64,000 bases of DNA from Vicugna vicugna (Eukaryota): assembly GCA_013265495.1 (NCBI GenBank), contig MU057801.1, positions 124,001 to 188,000 of the forward strand. The letters run 5' to 3'. The notes beneath the pieces are model-generated. The model was not told the origin of the DNA and did not search any database. It worked only from the letters and a program-made list of their open reading frames with translations. A program made the translations under genes and the position numbers. Of this stretch, positions 50,480-59,923 are shown in pieces. The stretch's first letter is position 1. Every line of letters begins with the position of its first letter.

Positions 50480-50830
50480 GTCTGTGCACCGCACATACAT
50501 TATTTCTGATCTTCACAGCAGCCCTGAAGTGAGGATCGGGAAGACACTGTGGTTTGGAGAGACAGAGATTTGCCAAAGTCATTCAACTAATAAACACCAG
50601 ATACTGGATTTGAACCCAGGCCTGCTTTGAAGTCCAAGCCCATTTTATCCCCTATATCCAGCACAGCTCTGCAGACCATGGGGTCCCACACACCTGGGTC
50701 CCCGTCCCCGCTTCATCTTGTACTAGCTGTGAGTGGGTGCGGGACCTCCCCACCTCTGTCCTCCTCTACTCTTCATCTGTGAAATGGGGACATCGAAGCC
50801 TCCTCGTAGGGGCACGTGCCGACCCCTGGG
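50480..50830. mobile_element. Two MIR fragments in opposite orientation, after a MER5-like relic (about 50290-50410)
   Basis: ggatttgaacccagg (minus) and cttcatctgtgaaatgggga (plus) MIR cores. Confidence 0.6.
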
Positions 50831-51819
50831 AGGTAAAGCGCAGTGCAACAGTAGAGGCTTAATGATAAGCCTCTGGAAATATGACAGAGAGAGCGGAGTT
50901 AAAAAAATAAATCCAGATTACGCACGTACTGCAGCTCTTGAGTGAAAGGTTTATACCAAAGATGGCTTTCTTTTGTCTGTTATGCAAGTCTGAGAGTTGA
51001 AGCCCCTTTGCTTAACAGGGTGTAGGTGAGAGGAGGTGCCTCCTTTTGTGTGTGTGTGTGTGTGGGGAGGCACCACGCTGAACCATGGAGAGGACTCACG
51101 CGCAACCTCTAATTTTCAAGTAGATCAAAGGCTAAAACCACCCATTAGTGAATGACAGGTGTGGCTGCCTGTTGCCTGTATCATTAAGAAAAACCAGAAC
51201 CGATCATGTGATGTTGGGGCTCCAGGTCCTGCACTGGGCAGGGTAAGACCTTCAGGCCAACCGAGGTTGGTTTTGTTATATGTGGCTTTTCCCCAAAATT
51301 ATCTAAAGTAAGGAGGTTTTAATTAAGTTGGTACAGCCAGAGACACATATGTTTGCGTGATGCTTTGGCGTTACCGAATTCTGGTTCCCATTCGTCTTCC
51401 TTTAGGATGGTAATGTGGGTCATTGCCTCTCCCGGGTCAGGCAGCCGTCCCCCGAGGCCCCGCCTGCTTCTTCCGGGACAGATGCCAGTGGACAGGTAGA
51501 AGGGGGCACTCACCGCGAGTGCCACCCCAGGAAAGAGGAGTCTCCCGCTGCCAACCCCAAGCGTCTGTGTGAGCCCTCGTGACCCTGTTCCCCTTTACTT
51601 GTGTTTTGCTCTTTTCATCAACCGGGCTAATTTGTTTTTCATTGTCAACAGCTTCAAGGCTTCCAAAATTCTCCAGTCATCCAGATTTAATCTGACTCAG
51701 CTCTAGAATGTTGCCTAATCTTCCTGTAAACAACTGCTTGTTTGATGTAGTTATTTTCTTCAGTGGAAATGTTCAGGGCATCTTGTGTCGACAAAACACA
51801 GGCAGGAGCTCCAAGCTTT

Positions 51820-52226
51820 GTCCCTCACTTATCTCCACCCCAGCCAAGGAGGGGCTTCCTTGCTGTTCTTCATACATGCCAGAACCTCTCCTGCCCCAGG
51901 GCCTTTGCACCTGCCACTCCCTTTCCCTGACTCTCTGGCTGCCTTTAGATCTTCAGCCAAATGCTACCTGCTCATGGGGCCTTCCCTGGCCAGCTCTCAC
52001 TCTTGAACCCTCTTCATTTGTCCCCTTTTGCTCTTTACTTTTACCCAAAGCACACATCCCTTGTCATCTGTTCTGTGAATCGCGCACTTGTTCGTTGTCT
52101 GCTGGCATCTTACTGGAATGAAGCCCCATGCAGGTGGGGACTTCTGTCTGTTTTGTTCCCAGTATCTGGAATAGCGTCTGGCTCATCGTAGGTGACCATA
52201 GACATTTGTCAAATGAATGAATGAAT
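51820..52226 (+). mobile_element. L2 3' fragment ending in (GAAT)n
   Basis: ctgccccagggcctttgcacctgc...gacatttgtcaaatgaatgaatgaat. Confidence 0.75.
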
Positions 52227-52299
52227 TCTTTCTTGTTAAGACCCATGCCACCACTGAAAAAATAAGTCTTTTTCTGATAAGTCACCGTGGTCACTGAAT

Positions 52300-52400
52300 G
52301 TTCATTCATTCATTTATTTGAAACACACTCTCCCTGTCTGTATCAGGCAAGGCCCTGGGCTGAGCCCCGGGCGGAATTCTCCAGTGCAGAGAGCATGATC
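52300..52400 (-). mobile_element. L2 3' terminus, opposite orientation
   Basis: ttcattcattcatttatttgaaacac...tgtatcaggcaaggccctggg. Confidence 0.6.
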
Positions 52401-53330
52401 TTAACCCTCCTGTGTGAAGGCGAGCAAAGGTTAAGCCTGCCTTTGCCCTTTTGGAGGAAGCGGGAGGTCATGGTCCATACGTCTGCGGGCGGTGATGCTG
52501 CGCCCTGGCCACGGCAGGACCCTGGGGCCAGCCCCGCTCCTTGCTCTTGGGCCAGCTGGTCTGCGATGCCACAGTGGGTGTGTTTCCCGTTCTACACATG
52601 GCGCCCTGCTGCTCAGGGGCAGGGCTGTCGCATGAAGTCCCTTAGATCTGCCTGCCTTCTCGCAGCGCGGTCCAGGGGCAGGGGCAGGGGCAGGGGCAGC
52701 AGCATCACCTGGGGGCTTGGCAAGAACGCCCACTCTCCGGCCTCCCCCAGGCCTCCCGAGTCGGGGTGCGGTACAGCAAGGCCTCCGGGAGTCCTGTGCA
52801 CATCACAGTTAGAGAAGCGCTGCCTTAAACTCAGGGGGATGTCTTGTCTCCGGCACACACAGGACAGGACACGGGCCCGAGCCGGCAGACGGCTCACTGA
52901 GGACCTGCCGTGTGTGAGGCAGTGGCCTAGGAAATCTTGGGTGAGGATTACACATCCCTGCCTGGGGAGTCGGGGCCCAGTATTGAGAGCATCAAGCACG
53001 TGAGTCCCTGATGTTTTAGACGTATGCTGGGCCCACCAGCGTAGTCAGCAACTCCAATATTAACTCTAGGTTCGGTTTAGCTGCCTGGAAGGCGATTTGG
53101 TCCTCGCTGCAGATACTGAAGCCACGGCGGCTGTCCCTCAGCCTGTCCCACGTGGCCAATGCAGGCAGGAGTGGTGACCCACAGGCCTATCACCAGTAGT
53201 GACAAGTTCCAGTTAGTTATGATGTGGTGTCTGCATGGGAGATTTTAAATAGTTGTAGCCAAAACACCTCTAGGATGGAAATGAAAACAAGCTGTGTAAT
53301 TTACGTGTGTTCTCTTTTTTGAAAAATCAG

Positions 53331-53422
53331 GGACGTTCTCCCGTTCACGTTGAAGTTGCCTTACGCCATCGCAACAGCCAAGACGGAGGCCCAGCTCGAA
53401 GAGTTAGCCCAGCTGGGACTAA
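53331..53422 (+). CDS. RIN2: RIN2 exon E (92 nt, phase 2->1): (R)DVLPFTLKLPYAIATAKTEAQLEELAQLGL(N)
   Basis: Acceptor tctcttttttgaaaaatcAG, donor TAA|GTAAGT at 53423; peptide matches recalled RIN2. Confidence 0.96.
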
Positions 53423-53526
53423 GTAAGTGGTGCCCCTGCCCTGGCTCTCTTGAAATGAAAGCGTGGAGCGGAGCCGGTGTCAGGCTGGTGGGCGATACAG
53501 TGTGACGTCCAAAAGTCATCCTTGGC

Positions 53527-53680
53527 GGGGAAGGTACAGCTCAGTGGTACAGAGCGTGTGCTCAGCACGACAAGGTCCTGGGTTCAGTCCCCAGTATCTC
53601 CATTAAAATAAGTGAGTGTGTAAATAAATAAATAAATAAATAAATCTAATTACTTCCCTCCACCCCACCCCCACAAATAA
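53527..53680 (+). mobile_element. tRNA-Ala-derived SINE (Vic-1-like), about 100 nt downstream of exon E
   Basis: GGGGAAGGTACAGCTCAGTGGTAC...GGTCCTGGGTTCAGTCCCCAGTATCTCCA then (TAAA)n; TCCTTGGC repeated on both sides. Confidence 0.87.
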
Positions 53681-54994
53681 TCCTCCTCTCCTTGGCAAAA
53701 CTCCATGAGGTCCCTGACTCACACCTGCTGAGTCTTTTTCTGAGTCAGACGTTGAACCAGCAGCCAGAGGTAGGTGCTGAGTTTACCTGAGGAGCCCCTG
53801 AACTGCCCCCAGCATCTCCCGTTGGTGAGTTTGAGCTCCCCAAACGCCCAGGTCCTAATAGAAGGTGAACTTCTGCCATGGGTGGGGCCTTCCTGTGGCA
53901 TCTTGCAGGGGGAGCGCAGTGCCTGATGCGGGGGAAGCAGCTTGGCGCCTCACGTGCACGGGTTTTATTTTAGACGAAGGCAGGGCATTGGCGGCACGTC
54001 TGTGCTTTGAGGAATTTGTCAGCAGACGTCCAGAGTAACATCTGTCTGACTTCCCCTTGTGTTCAGTTCCGGCCCTGGTGTGCTGGGCTGGGGGTTCTGA
54101 GTGTCCTCGCAGTGGCCAGCCAGGCCCTCGCCACCCCTCCCTCCACCGCCCTCAAACACAGCACCCTGTGCCAGCCGGGCAGTGGGGGGCAGGGGCTCAG
54201 GATGTGCGATTCCCCCCGGTTTCACTTCCTGGTCCTGTTGCCTGGAAAACCTGTGGGTTTGACTTTCGTAGAAACGTTTTCCTCCTCCATGGGAAGGGGG
54301 GATTCTCTGAAGATTTCAGGGCTTCAGTCTTCAGACAGACCAGCTGCCAGAGCAAGTATGTGGGTGGAAGTCTAGGATTCTGAAGGGCAGGCACCAGGAT
54401 TCCGAGGACCCAAGAAGCTGTGCCACTTGCCGCAGCAAATAAAAAATACATGTGTTCTCCTCTGGCAAGTTTTCCTCTCAGTCTGAAGAACTTGTTTTGC
54501 AGAGGGTGCCCTCGCCCAGGGAGCGTGAGGTTCACAGGGAAGCCGGGAGGGACACTGACAGTCCCCGTGAGACTTGGATTGCCTCAGAGGAACTGCCACG
54601 TGGGCCCGAGGCCCGTCGGCTGGGCAGCTGGGCCGAACGGCTGGGAACCAGAATCCTGGTAAAAATACCAGGGCGGCCTAAATGTCCCTGCTGAGAGGTC
54701 TCGCAGCCTCTGCGCGGGCTTCACCCACCTGGGAGAGAGTCTGGGATGTTTGCTGAGTTTGAAGTGACAGGGTTGGCCAGCGCGTTGGCCTCTTGACGTG
54801 CAGCTGGGCTCCGTGTCCTGCAGTGACGCCCGCCCCCACGACTCCCGGTTCGGTGGCCGGCCTGCTAGGCGTGCTTGGTGCCGGGGCTCGTGGACGGAAG
54901 CGTCCAGGGTAGCACTTGTGTCCTGCAAAGATGACGGTGAGGAAGAGCTTGCTCTGGTGGCCGCTCACCGGAAGCAAATAAAAAGTCCCATGGT

Positions 54995-55125
54995 GGGGGA
55001 GGTGTAGCTTAGCGATAGAGCGTGTGCTCAGCATGCACGAGGTCCTGGGTTCAATCCCCAGGACCTCCATTAAAATAAGTAAATAAAATACATACATACA
55101 TACCTAATTAACGCCACCCACAAAA
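54995..55125 (+). mobile_element. tRNA-Ala-derived SINE (Vic-1-like)
   Basis: GGGGGAGGTGTAGCTTAGCGATAGAGCGTGTGCTCAGCATGCACGAGGTCCTGGGTTCAATCCCCAGGACCTCCA then A-rich tail. Confidence 0.88.
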
Positions 55126-55209
55126 GAAGTGGCACAGCAGCGGCAGTGGGAGTCCCCGGAGGACCCAAGTGCGGTGAGCGCGGCTCCGCACCGGCCAGCA
55201 GAAGTGCAT

Positions 55210-55670
55210 CTAAGGCCAGCCAGTGGGTACTTCTCAGTTTTCTAGTACCCACCTTTAAGAAAATTAAAGGTGAAATTCATTTTTATAATTTATTTAATGT
55301 AATATCTGAAATGTTATTTCAGTATACAGTCAGTATTTTTCAAAGTATGAATAGAACAGTTCACCTTTTTTTTCATAGTGTTTGAAATCCAGCACATATT
55401 TTGTCCTTACAGCATGTCTCAATTAAGGCCCTAAATTTTCCGCAGAAATACACGGATCTGTATTTAATGATTTCATTAAATTTACAATCGAAAAAGTAGA
55501 TACACAGACCCAAGCTCCCGACCTCCTTAGATGCGCTTCCCCATAACCGACCCGGGCGCCAGGTTTTAAATTTAAGCCAATTCACATTAAGAAAAATTGA
55601 AAATCGAGTTCGTGCGTTGCCCGACTGGGCTTCAGGTGACTGTTGCTCCAGGGCTGGGCAGCACAGAGCT
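55210..55670. mobile_element. Charlie1/MER33-like hAT relic
   Basis: aaaggtgaaattcatttttataat...tttgaaatccagcacatattttgtccttacagcatgtctcaatt. Confidence 0.6.
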
Positions 55671-56714
55671 GGGGGCTGGGGGAGGAAGGAGCTGGGAGAG
55701 GAGCTGGGAGGGGCGTGGGGAGGAAGGACGAGAAGATGCAGGCAGCAGCAGACAGGCGGGGCTGAGCTCCCAGCCCCAGCCTCTCCCAGGCCTTGGACCT
55801 GCCGTTCTGGGCCCCTGGGAAGGAAACCCAGTTTAAGCAAACACAGCAAGACAGAGCTTTAGTGTGAGACTGACCTATTCCAAGTGGAAATTACAACCCT
55901 GCATTTAGCATCACCCCGGCCTCCCTCGACTGCATGGAAACCAGACCCCTCCGTCAAAGCGGGCAGGGCAGTGTGGCAGCGGCAGCCTGCGCACCGCTCC
56001 AGAGAGCGCCGCGCGTGAGCAGCCAAGGCCGGGGTGGGGGCTTTGGAAGAATGGGCAGCAAACCACCAAGATAGACCGTCGGACTCGCACTTAACATGTG
56101 CCCAAGCGGCTCTCCTGTTTTTGCTGATGGGACCCATGAGTGTATTTTTCCTCCTTTGGGGGTTTTAATGCTGAATGTGTAAAACCAGGCAGATTGTGTA
56201 ACATCCCCCAGGCCCAGCTGCTGGTCCTGCCCGTTAAAGGGGAACTGCCCGGCCCTCTGCAGAGGGCATCCCGGGAGAGGCGGACCGCAGAGGACGCTGC
56301 TGCTTTGCGGGCAGACTCCGTCTTTGTGGAGCAAGTGGGGAGCCCCGTGGCCTTTTCCGAGTTTGCACTGTAACCAATCCAGTTCCTTTTTCCTCACCTG
56401 GGGAATGGCCAGGCCCGCTCTGTGCAGTGGCTGAGCCATCTCCAGGGCTTTGAAGGCAAAAAGCCTCCGGAGCCTTCCTGCCAACCCGCAGCTGGGCCTG
56501 GCCTCATTGCTCCCCTTTCCAGTAAAGAAGGAATGCAGTTAAAGCAAAAAAAAAAAAAAAAAAGAAAGAAAGAAAGAAAGAAAGAAAAACACAACACTCA
56601 AGTGTAGCACCTCCCCCTCCAGGGCTGCAGATTGCCAGGCAAGTGTGCTTGTTGGTAAGGAACGGCCAAGTGCACTGTATTTACATTCTTGTGTTCACTG
56701 ATAATGACTTTCAG

Positions 56715-57869
56715 ATTTTTGGAGCTCTCCAGCTGACAACAACCCCCCAAACCCTCCACCTCCCCATAGGCCTCTCTGCTCAGACGGTGCCGCTCCAGCC
56801 TCCCGCCAGCTCTGCCTTATAAATGGAGTGCATTCTATAAAAACGAGGACGCCTTCGGAGCTGGAGTGCAGCCAGACCAACGGAGCCCTGTGCTTCATTA
56901 ATCCTCTCTTCTTGAAAGTGCACAGTCAGGACCTCAGCGGAGGCCCGCGGCGGCCCTGCACCCGGACTCCCAGCGCGAATGGCACCGAGAGGCCCCCGCC
57001 CCCCCCACCCAGGCCCCCGCCGCCCACTATTAATAGTCTGCACGCCAGCCCTCAGCTGTCCAGGACCGCGGCCCCGGCGAGCATGCCGGAAACGGCCACC
57101 CATCACCAACATGGGAACGTAGCTCTCCTTGGAGCGAAACCAACCCCCGTGCCTCCACCCCGGCTGAAGAAGCAGGCTTCTTTTCTCGAGGCAGAGGGCA
57201 GCGCCAAGACCTTGACCGGCAGCCGGCCTCGCCCGGAGCCCGCGGCCGGCCCCGCGGGCAGCGCAGGTGGAGCCTGGACAGCAGGGGAGGAGGAGGAGGA
57301 GGCGGCCCCAGGGGATTGCACAAGGGCCCAGCCCGCCGCCGCTTCGGCATCCTCGTCCCGGTCCCCGTGGTGCGGCGGCGGCAGACAGAGGCTGAGTGAC
57401 ATGAGCCTCTCCACTTCCTCCTCCGACTCGCTGGACCTGGACCGCAGCATGCCCCTGTTTGGCTACGAGGCAGACACCAACAGCAGCCTGGAGGACTATG
57501 AGGGGGAGAGCGACCAGGAAACCATGGCCCCCCCCATCAAGTCCAAGAAGAAGAGGAACAGCTCCTTCGTGCTGCCCAGGCTCGTCAAGTCCCAGCTCCG
57601 CAAGATGAGCGGGGTGTTCAGCTCCTTCCTGACGCCGGAGAAGCGCATGGTGCGGAGGATCGCCGAGCTGGCTCGGGACAAGCGCACCTACTTCGGCTGC
57701 CTGGTGCAGGACTACGTGAGCTTCCTGCAGGAGAACAAGGAGTGCCACGTGTCCAGCACCGACCTGCTGCAGACCATCCGGCAGTTCATGACCCAGGTGA
57801 AGAACTACCTGTCCCAGAGCTCAGAGCTGGACCCCCCCATCGAGTCACTGATCCCCGAAGACCAAATAG
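56715..57869 (+). CDS. RIN2: RIN2 large exon F (1155 nt, phase 1->1): (N)FWSSPAD...proline-rich region...RIN-homology region...SELDPPIESLIPEDQI(D)
   Basis: Open frame across 1155 nt (overlaps ORF 56828..57970). Motifs TNGALCFINPLFL, RQRLSDMS, PEKRMVRRIAEL, LQTIRQFMTQVKNYL. Acceptor gactttcAG, donor TAG|GTGAGT at 57870. Confidence 0.97.
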
Positions 57870-58289
57870 GTGAGTGCCCACCTGCCTCTTTTTTTTTTTT
57901 TTTTTTTTATTTTTTTTTTTTTTACTATAAAATATACTGTGGCCTGGCAGGACAGTGCATCCCGCATTAGTTATCTTGGGGGCAGTTTTCTCCCGAGTTC
58001 AAACCAGCAGCCCGCACCACCCCCTGGACTGGTTCGAGCCAAAACACAGCTTCTTAAAGTAGACTTCATGTTGTGCCTGACTTGGCTGCTGCAGACCAGG
58101 CTTGGGTATGTTTGGGGGAGCGACTGGTGGGGACGGCAGGATGGTTCCGTTCAGGGATGGAGTGTGCCTTCTGAGGGCCCGGTTCGTGCTGTGTGTGTGA
58201 CATGACTGTTGAGTGTCTTGCTCAGGTGCGTCTCCGTAGGCTGTGTGTGCACAGAAAGGTGTTCTGCTATCTTCTGAGAAGCCGTAGTT

Positions 58290-58510
58290 TGCTCTGCTGT
58301 GGTGGGGAGTAGCTTTTTTATGTTCAGAAGAGTGCAGAGCTCACGGTGTGCAGCTGCCCGAGTTTCCATAGCGAACACGCCTGTGTGGCAAGCACCCGCT
58401 CAGCAGAACGTGACCAGCATCTGGAAGCACCCCACCCCGGGACCCCTGTCCTGTCCTCCTCCTCCCCAAAGGGTAACCACCCTGTTGGCTTCCAATCATA
58501 GAATTCTGTA
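58290..58510 (-). mobile_element. Old L1 3' fragment
   Basis: agagtgcagagctcacggtgtgcagc...aaagggtaaccaccctgttggcttccaatcatag. Confidence 0.55.
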
Positions 58511-59787
58511 AGAAGCACTCTTCTGGAGTAAGCACAAAAAAAAAAAAAAAAAAATCCAGGGGAGAGGTTTGCTCTGTGTACCTTTAAAATGAGTAACATG
58601 TTTGGAGGTCACATGAAAGGTGTTTGCTCTGAAGTCAAGGGGAAATAATTCCTCTGTAACCTCATTGGAGGACTGAATTGCTGGTAGTTACTTTGGCCAA
58701 GGGAAAATTGAATTTGGCAAGCTGTCTTTTTTTCCAGGGGGAGAGTGTTCAGGGTTTTTTTTTTTTTTTTTAAGAAGGTTGACTCTGAAGGGCTCGTTTC
58801 AGAGCCCTCCTCCACTGGGTAGCAGCAGCCAAACCAGCTACCAAACAGTCACCCCGGCGGTTTCATAAAGCAAACCCCACGGTTCTTCCTTCCGACTGGG
58901 TCTGTTTGTCGAAAGTAGTAAACAGTGTGTGGTCAGAGTGCTGTCTCTCTGTCTCTCTGTCTCTGTCTCTGTCTCTCTCCTTTAAGTGAGCTTCGCAGTT
59001 CTTTGATTTTCTCACAAAGGAATCAAAGCCTTGTTTGTTTCCCTGTGGCTTGTCCCTGGGCCCACGGGGCGTGGTTACAGCAGGGAGGCTGATGACGGGT
59101 CAGCTGGAAGAAATGTGCCCCGTGAGGTGCCTCAGAGACGGAAAAGCCTTCGGGAAGACAGAGTAGCCACACAGGCCACCTGTGTCCCTGTCCCCCAGAG
59201 CCTGCCTCTTGGGGAGACCCGCTCAGACCCCAAACCTACAGGAGCAGCTTCCTCTGGGAGCGCCCGGGGGCGAGCCAGGCGGGCGCTGATGTCAGCCCTG
59301 CGCTATGTGGCTTCAGCGCCAACCAGCCCACGGAGATGGGGCTCCTCCCCGGGGAAGGAGCCTTCCCTGCCTTCCCCGCTGGTGCTGGGAGTGCCAACCC
59401 GAGTGCTGGCCCAGGAGGCTCCTGCCAGCTTCTTTGTGGGTGCACTTCAGACAGGGTGCTTGCTTTGGGAGCACAAGGTCACATTTTCTCCCAAAACAAA
59501 TTTGAGGTTGGCAGGCAGTCTGTGCCACAGACACTTTGCTGTTCCAGGAGGAATTTTAAATTTTAAATTTCAATTTAAAATCTAAGATCATATGAGGAGG
59601 GAAACTGACATCTGGGGAGCCCCCGGTTTGAGCCAGGCAGCCAGTCCAAGCACCTGCAGTGGGTCCCGGCCTCGGCCCTGTGAAGCAGGCGTCCGTGTGC
59701 AGCCAGGCAGGGCTCTGGCAGGTGCAGCCATGTGTCCCAGGGCCACACCAGCCAGGAACTAGCCCTGCAGCATTTGAACTCCCTTCT

Positions 59788-59923
59788 TTTCTTTTTTTAA
59801 AGTAAGTTTAATTAAGATCTTTTTTGTTGTTGCTGTTGGTTTTGATGGAGGTGCTGGGGATTGAACCCAGGACCTCGAGCATGCTAAGCATGTGCCCTAC
59901 CGCTGAGCTACACCCTCCCCCCC
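59788..59923 (-). mobile_element. tRNA-Ala-derived SINE (Vic-1-like) with TSD
   Basis: ggaggtgctggggattgaacccaggacctcgagcatgctaagc...gagctacaccctcccc; 12-bp TSD GAACT(C/T)CCTTCT at 59776-59787 and 59924-59935. Confidence 0.88.

Noticed and set aside
52287..53003. 238-aa ORF, and similar long GC-rich ORFs (8740-9420, 13502-14092, 20228-20869, 22343-22948)
   Set aside because: They overlap repeat relics or GC-rich intron, lack recognisable domains or exon structure, and are expected by chance at this GC content.
54995..55069. Functional tRNA-Ala genes (this copy and the seven related ones)
   Set aside because: Altered 5' ends, stem mismatches, A-rich tails and, in several copies, TSDs show they are SINEs.
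56780..57748. 322-aa antisense ORF
   Set aside because: It shadows RIN2 exon F; GC-rich third positions suppress stops on the opposite strand, and the translation has no recognisable domain.
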